From Opitutales bacterium (lineage in GTDB: Bacteria; Verrucomicrobiota; Verrucomicrobiia; Opitutales; PNEW01), in the NCBI GenBank assembly GCA_965219535.1, contig CBDCNV010000002.1:1170001-1202000 (forward strand): a stretch of 32,000 bases of DNA, in the 5' to 3' direction. A program made the position numbers and the translations under genes. Below, piece by piece: positions 1 through 8,761 of the stretch (the first letter of the stretch is position 1; each line of letters opens with the position of its first letter). The notes below the pieces were generated by a model that did no database searches, was not told the DNA's origin, and saw nothing but the letters and a program-made list of their open reading frames with translations.

Positions 1-1673
1 CATAAGTCGATGAGAATAATCTCCCGGTCGTTGGGTGGAAAGAATACCTTTTTAACATACCCGAAGGAGTAGACACCGACAAAAGTAGCAATAATGGTGA
101 TAAGGATAACGACCAATCGATTCCTAAGTGCCCAATGGAGAATGATGCGATACAGCGAGTAGAGCTTTCCATCATACGTTTCCTTTTTGACTTGGACTTT
201 TATGAAATAATAGCAGAGAAGCGGGACGATGGTCATGGAAAGAATCCACGAAGAGACCAGGGTAATGGCGATTACCTGAAAGAGAGATAAACAGAATTCC
301 CCCACACTCGATTTTGCCATCGCGATAGGCAGGAAGGCGAAAATTGTTGTCATCGATGCGGCCAGAAGTGGCTTCCATAATTCGGAAACTGCCCCCGTCA
401 TGGCCTTAAGACGGTCATCTCCGCGCGCGAGCCGTACAAGAATATTTTCGCTTACGACAACCCCGTTATCCACCATAATGCCGAGCGCGATTATGAGAGA
501 AGCAATCGATATTTGCTGCAGAATGATATTAAAGATGGGCATCGCGACAAAGCACATCAGGATAGCGAAAGGAATGAGTGATGACGCGATGAGACCCGTT
601 CGAATTCCCGTTGCAGCAAGCATAACGACAAAGACAAAGAAAAAGGCCTGGCCGAGATTACCCATAAAATCACTGATCTTTCGCTGGACGAATTTTGGTT
701 CCCACATGATTTCCTGAAGGTCCAGCCCGATGGGCAATTCATCTTTGATTCGATCGACAGCAATTTTAACTCGCTCCCCAACTTCGATAATGTTTCCTCC
801 CACCGCCATATTTATAGCTAGAACAATAGTCGGGTTCTGGTTATTGGTAACAAGGCTCGTCGGTGGATCGACAAAGTCCCGTTTGATCACGGTAATATCC
901 TCTAATGAAATGGCTTCTTCATTGCCCGGTGCACGGAACGAGGTCTTGCGTATATCTTCTACCGTTTTGTATTCACCACTGGATTCGACAAGAATGCGTT
1001 CAGGTCCGACCAGGGCATCACCACTCGGTTGCACAATATTCTGTGAGTCTATAGCAGCCGCGATGACGAAAGGAGACACGCCACGCTCAGCGAGGAGGGC
1101 ATTGGAAAATTCAACAAATATTCGTTCATCCTGTATCCCGTATTTATCTACTTTCGCGACACCTTTGACCCTGAGCAGTTGATTTCTAATGTCGTCCGCG
1201 TAGTCTTTCATTTCTCGATAGGTGAATCCATCACTGTGAAGAGCCACTACCATCCCAAACACATCACCGAAATCATCGTTTATTAAAGGTGCCTGTACCC
1301 CCGCAGATAACGTCGGTGTTACTTCATCGACTTTATTGCGCATCTTGTCCCAATTTTTGCGAACTTCTGACTTAGGGGTGCTCTCATAAAGATCAACCGT
1401 GATAATCGAAGTGCCGGCTAGTGACTGGGATTTTACCTTATCCACAGCGGCAATTTCCCTGATTTTTTCTTCCAGTTTATCGGTGACAAGCTCTTCAACT
1501 TTTTGCGGCGTGGCACCGGGAAATTGAGTAATAATTACCGCGGATCTGATCGTAAAATCCGGATTTTCACCTTTCGGGAGATTAAAATAGGAAAGCACTC
1601 CGGCAAAAACCAGGAGCACCACACCAACGATAGTCGTGGCATTATTGCGTAAGCACCATTCAGCAATATTCAT
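1..1673 (-). CDS. RND (AcrB/CzcA-type) efflux permease, N-terminal ~557 codons; 3' part lies beyond the window edge
   Basis: Hand translation of the minus strand from ATG 1673..1671 gives MNIAEWCLRNNATTIVGVVLLVFAGVLSYFNLPKGENP... Further on (~nt 400-480) it gives LQQISIASLIIALGIMVDNGVVVSENI, the conserved RND TM4 G-x-x-VD-x-x-IV motif. The ATG overlaps the TGA of the adaptor gene (ATGA). It is absent from the ORF track because it is open at the window edge. Listed ORFs 172..1182 are short antisense or off-frame ORFs. Confidence 0.85.
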   Translation of the reverse strand, partial: MNIAEWCLRNNATTIVGVVLLVFAGVLSYFNLPKGENPDFTIRSAVIITQFPGATPQKVEELVTDKLEEKIREIAAVDKVKSQSLAGTSIITVDLYESTPKSEVRKNWDKMRNKVDEVTPTLSAGVQAPLINDDFGDVFGMVVALHSDGFTYREMKDYADDIRNQLLRVKGVAKVDKYGIQDERIFVEFSNALLAERGVSPFVIAAAIDSQNIVQPSGDALVGPERILVESSGEYKTVEDIRKTSFRAPGNEEAISLEDITVIKRDFVDPPTSLVTNNQNPTIVLAINMAVGGNIIEVGERVKIAVDRIKDELPIGLDLQEIMWEPKFVQRKISDFMGNLGQAFFFVFVVMLAATGIRTGLIASSLIPFAILMCFVAMPIFNIILQQISIASLIIALGIMVDNGVVVSENILVRLARGDDRLKAMTGAVSELWKPLLAASMTTIFAFLPIAMAKSSVGEFCLSLFQVIAITLVSSWILSMTIVPLLCYYFIKVQVKKETYDGKLYSLYRIILHWALRNRLVVILITIIATFVGVYSFGYVKKVFFPPNDREIILIDL

Positions 1674-2743
1674 CAGTTTTTCAGGAGTTTTACTTTCATG
1701 CCCTCTTCCAGACGATGAACGCCACGGGTAACAACTCGCTCACCAGGAGTTACGCCTCCCTTTATTTGCAGACCTGCCGAGGTGAGCTCACCGGGAACGA
1801 TATCACGCCGGGTGACGGACTCTGAACCTTTATCAAATATCCAGATATACCGTTCATCCAATCGGCCCGCTACCACCATCGGTGGTAATAGAATATAGCG
1901 TTCGGATTCTATAGTATTAAAAATAAGCGTTGCCTCCCCGATCATCCCCGGACGAATGCGCGAATCTTCCGTCAGCATCGCAAGCTTGACAACATAAGTT
2001 GAAGACGATGAAGCATCGACTGAAACTTTGGTCACTTCTGCGGGGAAGGGTTCATCCGCGACTGTATCAAAACGGAGAAACGCATTATCTCCTTCATTGA
2101 CCTTAGTAATCAATGCTTCTGGGATACCTACTTCCATTTCGATTTTCTCTTCGGAAACAAGCGAAGCAATCATACGTCCGGCCTGGATGACCTGATTTAT
2201 CTCAACCGGAACTTCACCGATCGTGCCCTCCTGGGGTGCGTTCAAAACGGTGTAACTTAACTGTTGTTCAGCCTGTTCGAGTTGTTTTTTTGTAGCATCG
2301 ACCTGTGCTTTTGCTGAATTGAAAGAGGCGCGACTGGCGTCCAACGCGCTTTTGCTGATGTTGGCGTTTTCATAAAGCGCTTTGCTGCGCGTATAATCCG
2401 CATCGGCCTGAACAAATTGAGCCCGCACTTGGGCCAGGTTTGCGCGCGCTTGTTCGACTTTTAATTCGTAATCGGTAGGTTCAAGTTGTGCGATCACGTC
2501 GCCTTCTTTCACCCGCAGACCAATCCGCGCCTGTAAACGAATGATTTCACCGCTGACCCGGAAACTGAGTTTAGTGTCCAACACACCCTGAGCGACACCG
2601 GAGAATGATCGTTCAATCGCTGTTGGAGGCTCTTCGACGACCGTAGTAACGACAGGGCGGATTACTTCCTCAATTTCCGGTTCTTTGGAACAGCCCAGAA
2701 AAATGAGAATGGTAAGTAAGATTCCACAAGTTTTTAATTTCAT
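1673..2743 (-). CDS. RND efflux periplasmic adaptor (membrane fusion protein, HlyD family), lipoprotein
   Basis: ORF 1673..2770. The likelier start is ATG 2743, giving MKLKTCGILLTILIFLGCS with a lipobox L-G-C. It has a coiled-coil hairpin region (LKVEQARANLAQVRAQFVQADADYTRSKAL...) and beta-barrel C-terminal segments typical of MFPs. It is translationally coupled to the pump gene. Confidence 0.9.
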   Translation of the reverse strand: MKLKTCGILLTILIFLGCSKEPEIEEVIRPVVTTVVEEPPTAIERSFSGVAQGVLDTKLSFRVSGEIIRLQARIGLRVKEGDVIAQLEPTDYELKVEQARANLAQVRAQFVQADADYTRSKALYENANISKSALDASRASFNSAKAQVDATKKQLEQAEQQLSYTVLNAPQEGTIGEVPVEINQVIQAGRMIASLVSEEKIEMEVGIPEALITKVNEGDNAFLRFDTVADEPFPAEVTKVSVDASSSSTYVVKLAMLTEDSRIRPGMIGEATLIFNTIESERYILLPPMVVAGRLDERYIWIFDKGSESVTRRDIVPGELTSAGLQIKGGVTPGERVVTRGVHRLEEGMKVKLLKN

Positions 2744-2800
2744 GATATTAATTAATAATTTAATGAACACCTGATTAAACAGGTATCAGTTTAATTGCTC

Positions 2801-5205
2801 CTACATCTTTAAATTTAAATAAGATTCCATTTGTTTCACCCATTCGGCCCGTTCCGTGGGGCTTTTAGTGAATTCAAACCAGGCGATTGTTCGAAAAAAC
2901 TGAATAAAATCGTCGAGTAAATTATAGACCGCCAATTCCGCGTTCTGCCGCTGGACAAATGCTTCGTTTTGCGCGTCCAGCAAATCGATGATATTAACTG
3001 CTCCCTGTTCATACTTATCAGTGACCACGCGGAGATTTTTTGCCGCTCGGTCCGCGGCGCGTGCGCTGAAAGTCAGGGTGGGATAGGAGCCGTCAAAGGC
3101 AAACATCGCCTGTTGTACACGGGTTTCAACTATCTGGGCAACCTGGTCGCGCGAGTACTCGAGTTGTCGAAGCGCCGCTTTCTCTCTTAGAACCTCATGC
3201 CATCGACCTGTGCCTTCAAATAATGGGAGGTTAGCAGAAACGGTGAATGTCCACTCATCGTCTTCAATATTTTCGCGGGGAAAAATTTGGGGTGATGAAC
3301 TGTCAAAATCTTCATCGAAGATACGATTATAACTGAAATCCGCCGCTACTGTGGGCAGAACAAACTGCCGCTTTGCTTGTTTGAGAGTAATCTCCTGTGC
3401 GCGCAGGGAGTGATTGATGGCTTGGAGTTCGGGTGCGTTTTCCAATGCGTATTCAATAGAGAACGATCGAAATACATCCAGTTATTTTTTTGTGAGTCGA
3501 GAAGCGGGGCCACAAGATTCACGGCATCACTAAAATAAGGACTGCTCATATTCAAATCCTGTGGACGCCATCTTTTCTCCAGCCTGACCGCGAGCAATTG
3601 ATTGAGCGTGACGCGTGCCTGTTGCTCTCTCGACATCCCTTCAGCCACATCGATTTGATTGCCTGCTTCCTGGGCTTCAAAGCGGAAAACGTCTTCCGGA
3701 CCGGAGGTCCCCACACGTTGACGTAAACGAGCCAGTTCAAGGTTGCTCTGGGTAATTTTGAGGTTGTCGCGAGCAACGCGAAGGACTGTTTTTTCAGAGA
3801 GGTAACGGATGTAGGCGGTGGCAACCGATCCAATAATATCGAGTCGCACCGCTTCTTCCTGATAGGAGGAGCCCTGGTATTGCTCGCGAAAAGCACGCCA
3901 GTTGCTGATCGCGCGATCACTGAAGATGAGCTGTTGCAATGACACACCGCCGAGATTCCTGCTTTGAGGGATAAAACCCACTGACGAGCCCGGACGGTTT
4001 TCATTGATCTCCGAGTAAACGTAGCTTGAATTTACCTGGGGTAATAACGGACTGAAGGCGATCTTTTGACCTTCTCGACTGATTTCTGTGTTCTGTTGCT
4101 GAATGAGGTAGTCAAAATTTGTTTCGAGTGCCTGTTCGATGGCGCTAACGAGATCGATCGAATCACCCTCTTCCAGGTATTCGGGATTTAAAATGGTAGC
4201 GTCACGAATGGCATCGAAGGGAGGATCAAACCCGATGAGCTTTGCTGTCTTGGCGTTGAAAAACATGCGTGTTTCTACCTCAAGCACAGCCGGCAGGTCA
4301 TTAGAAGAAGCACCGAGTATAATCTGCTGTATGTTGAGCGCTACTCGACGCGCAAGTTGCTGCCGAACGTCCGGCAACTGACCGCCTAATATTCCCGCTT
4401 CCACCGCAGGTTCTCCAAAATAGGCAAAGGACGGGATACGGCGTGAGATGAGTCCCTCAATTATTTTATCTCGATCCCGGGGGGGCATCTGGACTGGAGG
4501 GAAGGCATACACTGCTTGAACATTATATGGTAGATCTACTAACGCCTCTTCGGCATTATCGCCCATGAGAACAAAGATGAGATGACCCCCTGATTCTTCT
4601 TCAAGCCTCCGCACATAGTTTTGCAGCGCTTCTATTCGTTCGAGATATATCTTGTTAACGAGTATATGCAGGGTATCAAAATCCACGAGTCTTTTGAATG
4701 TGTCTATATCGTTTAATATCGTATTGCTTGAGATTACCAAATTGAGGTTTTTCTTTTTTGATTTCCCCTCAGGACTAATCAGCATCCCTACAATATCCGG
4801 ATCCATCAGGTGAATCCCGGAAACCGGCTTGGACAGAATAAAGTCGGGACTACTGGCTACTCCCAAAACTAAAATGCCCTGTGCGAGAATCATGTCGACT
4901 TCGGGATCTTCGATTGCGCTTAGCAATGCTTCCTCTGTTCTTGAGGCATCCCAATTAGAGTTGAAGGACGGATCTCGTTTGAAGGTAATTCGAAATTGAT
5001 CTTCCGCCAGGACGCGGAGCTCCGATTCAATGAGCCCACCCAATGCATCAAAGAACCACGAATCGCCATCTTTGACGACCCCTATTGTCACCTGGGGAAG
5101 GTCTGATTCGCTTTCGCTCTGTCCAAATATTGGCGTAGCCAGACAAAGTAGGATTGTGAGAAGGCCGATCCCTCTCCATTGCTTACTTTGCTTTAAAAAA
5201 ATCAT
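2801..5205 (-). pseudogene. TolC-family outer-membrane efflux protein with an N-terminal ABC_sub_bind-like periplasmic binding domain; reading frame broken near 3446..3482
   Basis: ORF 3346..5205 has a signal peptide (MIFLKQSKQWRGIGLLTILLCLATPIFGQ). A ~310-aa domain follows, ending ...DLPAVLEVETRMFFNAKTAKLIGFDPPFDAIRDATIL, which looks like PF04392. Then comes the first TolC repeat. ORF 2801..3445 is open back to 3481 as LDVFRSFSIEYALENAPELQA... and carries the second TolC repeat in a different frame. The 3346 ORF tail (WMYFDRSLLNTHWKTHPNSK...) reads like out-of-frame sequence. Confidence 0.7.
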
Positions 5206-5327
5206 AATAATAATGGCCGTTAGTGAAAACTAGGAATGCTACCATGAATGTGCAACTAGAATTATTAGTAAACAGCCGCCGACGCTCCTCTTTAGCGTGC
5301 CAAGGTGATCAGTGAGTAGTGAGAGAA

Positions 5328-5357
5328 GGTTCAATGGTTGATGGTTCAAGGTTCAGG
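5328..5357. repeat. GGTTCA word stutter (ggttcaatggttgatggttcaaggttcagg), G-orientation arm
   Basis: Read directly. It is the opposite orientation of the array at 5503..5551 in the same spacer. Confidence 0.8.
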
Positions 5358-5502
5358 AGTTAGGAGGACGATAGATAGAAGTGAACAGATAGTGGGAGAG
5401 GGGTGTCGGGTGTCGGGATAGAAGTGAACCCTTCGATTTCCTCAGGTCAGGCAGTGAACAGTGGATGGTTGAAATGAATGATGAATAATTTATAATTCTT
5501 AG

Positions 5503-5551
5503 CTGAACCCTGAACCCTGAACCCTGAACCCTGAACCCTGAACCCTGAACC
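5503..5551. repeat. Perfect tandem heptamer array (CTGAACC)x7
   Basis: Units start at 5503, 5510, 5517, 5524, 5531, 5538 and 5545. The complement is (GGGTTCA)n. Confidence 0.97.
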
Positions 5552-5583
5552 CTGTACCGAGAGCGTAGCTCGACACTTCCACC
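5552..5583 (-). repeat. GGCTAYG-core motif copy (reverse complement ggtggaagtgtcgagctacgctctcggtacag)
   Basis: Near-identical to 5599..5630, 6407..6441 and 21332..21366. Confidence 0.9.
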
Positions 5584-5598
5584 TACAACCCTTGAACC

Positions 5599-5630
5599 GT
5601 GTACCGAGGCGTAGCCCGACATCTTCCACC
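5599..5630 (-). repeat. GGCTAYG-core motif copy (reverse complement ggtggaagatgtcgggctacgcctcggtacac)
   Basis: Second tandem copy, embedded between TGAACC words. Confidence 0.9.
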
Positions 5631-5728
5631 ACTGAACCCGGAACCATTTTAAGGAACATTTCGCGTTTGATATTATTAAATCATCTGTCTAAGTTCAGCG
5701 AAAGTTTTAGACGAAGATCATTTTTATA

Positions 5729-6397
5729 ATGACAGCATTTCAACTCAATAAACCGACACATATTTTCATCGTAGTCTCACTGGTTTTCATGGGAATTTGT
5801 AGACTGGCTATTGCAGAGAATAAAAGGACGACTGAAGCTGAGGCATTTTTATCAGGTATCTTGGATGAAACCCTAAAGATATTAAAAGATGAAGATTTAT
5901 CAGGGGAGGATAAACGGACTTTACTTGCAGATAATATAAACGCGAACCTCGACTTGGCGTACATGTCTTCAAGGGCACTTGGTCCAAGTAAGGAGGGTTT
6001 TACCAAGGAACAGTTTGCTGAATTCTCACATGAATTTTCGCGTCATCTGACTCATTTTTATTTAAGAAGGATGGCGACCTTCAAGGGAGACAAGATTGAA
6101 ATTACTGGTGTGGATTTCAACGAGAAGAGTGGGGTAGTAAAATTGCGAACCTCTGGAGGAGTCCGACACACCATGTTTCAATCCCGTCGATCATCACATA
6201 TCGCTAATGTGGATTACCACCTACGAAAGAAAAACGTTGAATGGCGAATTGTCGCAATCACCATAGATGGTGTTAACGTCAGCCGAAATTTCCGCAAACA
6301 ATTCAAAGCACTGCTGGATAAAGAGAACCCCGATGCATTAATTGAAAAATTAAGAATGATGAATGCAGAAAACGAAGAGCGGAAGCTGTTTGAATAG
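5729..6397 (+). CDS. MlaC/Ttg2D-like periplasmic lipid-binding protein (orphan, no mlaFEDB neighbours)
   Basis: The 222-aa ORF has an N-terminal hydrophobic signal. Its C-terminal part, VDYHLRKKNVEWRIVAITIDGVNVSRNFRKQFKALLDKENPDALIEKL, matches the PF05494 signature (W-k-i-x-D-v-x-i-e-G-V-S-l...yr-x-qF). Confidence 0.7.
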   Translation: MTAFQLNKPTHIFIVVSLVFMGICRLAIAENKRTTEAEAFLSGILDETLKILKDEDLSGEDKRTLLADNINANLDLAYMSSRALGPSKEGFTKEQFAEFSHEFSRHLTHFYLRRMATFKGDKIEITGVDFNEKSGVVKLRTSGGVRHTMFQSRRSSHIANVDYHLRKKNVEWRIVAITIDGVNVSRNFRKQFKALLDKENPDALIEKLRMMNAENEERKLFE

Positions 6398-6406
6398 AGG
6401 GTTCAG

Positions 6407-6441
6407 GGTGGAAGATGTCGGGCTACGCTCTCGGTACAGGG
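6407..6441 (+). repeat. GGCTAYG-core motif copy (ggtggaagatgtcgggctacgctctcggtacaggg)
   Basis: Lies 10 nt after the MlaC-like stop codon. It is inverted relative to the copies at 5552..5630 on the other side of the gene. Confidence 0.92.
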
Positions 6442-6548
6442 AAATTATTATATAAAAATCCATCCTTCCAGTCATCCAACATTCCAATTTTTACTGTTCA
6501 CCGTTTACAGTTTACTTCTTTCCTGAACCCTGACACCCTCTCTCCCCC

Positions 6549-7196
6549 CTATTCCTTCTTCCCCTCAAACGACTGTGCCACCTGTATGCCTACAAGGCGG
6601 GCGACGATAACGGCGATATAGATCTGGCCGATAACGGCTTCGATCGCGGCAAACATGCGCGCGGGTGCCGTTGCTGGAATGATATCTCCATAGCCAAGGG
6701 TGGTAATGGTCACTAAACTATAGTAGATGGAGTATACGAATTCGAACTGTATGGAATCACCTCCGGATTCTTCCATTAGTGATAAGGAAAACGAACCGGG
6801 TTCAATGATTTCTATCATCGTATAAACAGTCGCCCATAAAACACTTATTAAGAGATACCCACTGAGTGAAGCATAAAGCGTGTTGGCTGTCACTTGTTTG
6901 CTTTTAATGAGATAAGTGAAAATAAAAACAACGGTTAACATTAGAAAAACAATGCTGATTATCTGTGAAGCAATGAGTAAGCTATTCAGTGCCGAAAGAA
7001 AATGAATTCCTCGTAATATAATCACCATTACCACTAATACACCGGCCTTTATCACCGTGCGGCGGTTCTGACACGCCGCAAAGAGCGCGGTAAGCAGTGT
7101 TGCTGAGAATAAGAGGAAAAAAATAAATTTTGCGAATTGAGGATTGCCTGCTCCGAAGCGTCCCACGAATGGTGCGGTAAGAAATAGTAAAATCAA
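6549..7196 (-). CDS. Small multi-TM potassium channel (Ion_trans_2-type pore, selectivity filter TTLGYGD)
   Basis: The sequence reads ...YYSLVTITTLGYGDIIPATAPARMFAAIEAVIGQIYIAVIVARLV, with several hydrophobic helices upstream. The listed start is TTG at 7196, directly abutting the IS left end. The frame stays open into the IS up to 7238. Confidence 0.8.
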   Translation of the reverse strand: MILLFLTAPFVGRFGAGNPQFAKFIFFLLFSATLLTALFAACQNRRTVIKAGVLVVMVIILRGIHFLSALNSLLIASQIISIVFLMLTVVFIFTYLIKSKQVTANTLYASLSGYLLISVLWATVYTMIEIIEPGSFSLSLMEESGGDSIQFEFVYSIYYSLVTITTLGYGDIIPATAPARMFAAIEAVIGQIYIAVIVARLVGIQVAQSFEGKKE

Positions 7197-7263
7197 CGTG
7201 GAGTGACCCCCAAAAATCGTATCATTTACAGAGAGAGGTTATCGGGATAAACAGATAACCTCA

Positions 7264-7557
7264 ATGAAAAGAAAAAGATACACAACAGAACAGATTATAA
7301 CAATATTGCGGCAAGCCGATACCGGTAAAACGGTACAGGAAATCTGCCGTGGAAACAACCTGAGCGAACAGACTTTCTATCGCTGGCGTAAAAAATATGG
7401 CAATTTAGAACTTGCCGATGCGAAGCGATTTAAAGAGCTGGAAAAAGAATTCACGAGCGCAAGCGAGAAGGCCTGACATACCGAGCTGAAGAAGCTGCTC
7501 GCAGATCAAATGCTCAAGAATCAGGTAATGGAGGAAACGCTGTCAAAAAAATGGTGA
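7264..7557 (+). pseudogene. IS3 orfA (HTH transposase subunit) interrupted by an in-frame TGA at 7474..7476
   Basis: The N-terminus is MKRKRYTTEQIITILRQADTGKTVQEICRGNNLSEQTFYRWRKKYG... After the TGA the same frame continues HTELKKLLADQMLKNQVMEETLSKKW*, the leucine-zipper tail expected for orfA. Confidence 0.8.
7545..7551 (+). promoter_or_regulatory. Programmed -1 ribosomal frameshift heptamer A_AAA_AAA linking orfA to orfB
   Basis: Seven A residues sit in the X_XXY_YYZ register of orfA (codons TCA AAA AAA TGG TGA). A -1 slip reads on as ...LSKKMVSPKQKKRVV into orfB. This is the standard IS3 arrangement. Confidence 0.8.
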
Positions 7558-8474
7558 GCCCAAAGCAGAAGAAACGAGTAGTAAAAGCTGCGGCTGAGAA
7601 AGGGTTGTGCTCGTTGCGGAGGGCTTGTGCTTATCTCAGCCTGAGTTGGTCAACGTTCAGTTACCGGCCCAAACAGGCCAGTGAGAAAGCTCAGCGGTTG
7701 GTCGAGCGGATTGTGAGCTTGTCCTGGAAACATCCCCGCTACGGTTACCGGCGCATCCGTGCCTTGCTGGTAAAGGAAGGCTGGACAACAAGCAGGAAGT
7801 TTGTCCAGGCGGTACGACGTTCAGAAGGGCTGCAGGTAAAGCCCCCGAAAAAGGGCAGACACCGTCAAGGAGTCTCTACGGGGTCACCTACTAAAGCAAA
7901 GGGTCGCAATCACGTTTGGTCCTGGGACTTTGTCCATGATCGTACAGACAACGGCGGTCCATTAAAGATGATGACTCTAATCGATGAATATACGCGTAAA
8001 TGCCTGGATATCCGGGTCGCTCGTCAACTCACCTCAACCGATGTCCTCTCTGTGCTTAGCGAGGCCATTGAAGAGGAGGGACCTCCCAGCTATATCCGTA
8101 GTGACAACGGCAGTGAGTTCATTGCTCATCAAGTGCAGCAGTGGTTGTCCGGTAATAACATAAAGGCGATCTATATCGATCCGGGCAGTCCCTGGCAAAA
8201 CGGTTTCATCGAGTCGTTTCACAACCGCTTACGCGATGAGTGTTTGAACCGTGAAGTGTTGCTCAGCGTGGCTGAAGCGCAAGTGGTAATCGAACAATGG
8301 CGTCAGACCTATAACCATGAACATCCCCACAGTCGTTTAGGCTTCAAAAGCCCACAAGAGTTTGTCAGATTCCTTTCCGATCTTGGCCGCGTTCGGGCTA
8401 CGCCCTCACTTCGCCAAGATCTCTCATATACATCAATCCTAAAACCATTAACACCCGGTAACTCTCTCACTTAA
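7551..8474 (+). CDS. IS3 orfB, DDE (rve) transposase catalytic domain
   Basis: Motifs seen are WSWDFVHD...LIDEYTRKCL, IRSDNGSEFIA, and PGSPWQNGFIESFHNRLRDECLN...YNHEHPHSRLGFKSPQEF. Confidence 0.92.
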   Translation: MVSPKQKKRVVKAAAEKGLCSLRRACAYLSLSWSTFSYRPKQASEKAQRLVERIVSLSWKHPRYGYRRIRALLVKEGWTTSRKFVQAVRRSEGLQVKPPKKGRHRQGVSTGSPTKAKGRNHVWSWDFVHDRTDNGGPLKMMTLIDEYTRKCLDIRVARQLTSTDVLSVLSEAIEEEGPPSYIRSDNGSEFIAHQVQQWLSGNNIKAIYIDPGSPWQNGFIESFHNRLRDECLNREVLLSVAEAQVVIEQWRQTYNHEHPHSRLGFKSPQEFVRFLSDLGRVRATPSLRQDLSYTSILKPLTPGNSLT

Positions 8475-8501
8475 ATTGGTACGAAAAACGGGGTCCGATC
8501 A

Positions 8502-8687
8502 ACCCCACCGCAGCCTCGGCAATATTACTCCACAACGTTTCGCTCAAAACCTCAATACCGAAGGCTCGGGCTCCATTCGGGCTACGCCCTCATTGCGCCC
8601 AAGCCTTGACTTCCTCTACCAACTTAACTTCAACATTAACCTCTCCAGACTAACTCTCTCAGTGGACCAGTTTGTGTAACCCGACCA
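8502..8687 (+). mobile_element. 3' remnant of a second, related IS3-family copy (transposase C-terminal tail plus right end)
   Basis: ORF 8476..8679 encodes ...PHRSLGNITPQRFAQNL...GSGSIRATPSLRPSL...LSRLTLSVDQFV, paralleling the orfB tail HPHSRLGFKSPQEF...RVRATPSLRQDL...PGNSLT. The shared terminal string taactctctca occurs at 8458 and 8651. Confidence 0.7.
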
Positions 8688-8711
8688 ATCTAATGATGTT
8701 CGATGTTAGAT

Positions 8712-8735
8712 GTTTTAAAACGACATCGCATGTCG
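8712..8735 (-). terminator. Putative intrinsic terminator of the four-helix-bundle gene
   Basis: On the minus strand the sequence is CGACAT-gcg-ATGTCG (6-bp stem) followed by TTTTAAAAC, about 27 nt after the stop at 8762. Confidence 0.5.
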
Positions 8736-8761
8736 ATTTTCCTATTATAAATACGTCAACA

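Larger units (their letters stand above)
7199..8501 (+). mobile_element. IS3-family insertion sequence (~1.3 kb), probably inactive
   Basis: It has orfA plus orfB with an A_AAA_AAA slippery site. The ends are TG...CA with imperfect inverted repeats (left TGGAGTGACCCC.....TCGTA; right reverse complement TGATCGGACCCC.....CGTA). No target-site duplication was found. Boundaries are approximate, within a few nt. Confidence 0.75.

Noticed and set aside
172-1182. Short ORFs inside and antisense to the RND pump gene, and similar ORFs nested in the TolC, FG-GAP, dipeptidase and symporter genes (for example 3552-4004, 15986-16291, 20259-20846, 27636-28127)
   Set aside because: They overlap long ORFs that carry clear family motifs, and they have odd, low-complexity or Arg/Ser-rich composition. 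They are typical shadow ORFs.
3482-3490. Programmed -1 frameshift at the A7 run as an explanation for the split TolC gene
   Set aside because: A -1 slip, or one extra A, at CAA AAA AAT AAC places TAA (3484-3482) in frame immediately. The productive frame change must occur downstream of that stop. A mutation or assembly error is more likely than recoding.
5503-5551. Tandem arrays (this one, plus 20113-20253, 24711-24763 and 28774-28805) considered as CRISPR arrays
   Set aside because: The units are 7-8 nt and directly abutting, with no unique spacers of 25-40 nt. No cas genes are present.
5353-5659. ORFs 5353-5622 and 5447-5659, and similarly 6415-6621, 11792-12070, 14210-14455, 21368-21565, 21761-21991, 28770-29015 and 29804-30046
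   Set aside because: They are translations of low-complexity repeats (for example GSGFRVQGSGFRVQ). They have no start context and overlap spacer repeats or the ends of real genes.
7474-7476. In-frame TGA in IS3 orfA as evidence for TGA reassignment (code 4/25) or selenocysteine
   Set aside because: TGA clearly terminates other well-supported genes here (adaptor 1673-1675, esterase 14082-14084, FG-GAP 18244-18246, SDR 20105-20107). No SECIS-like context was recognised. A nonsense mutation is the simplest reading.
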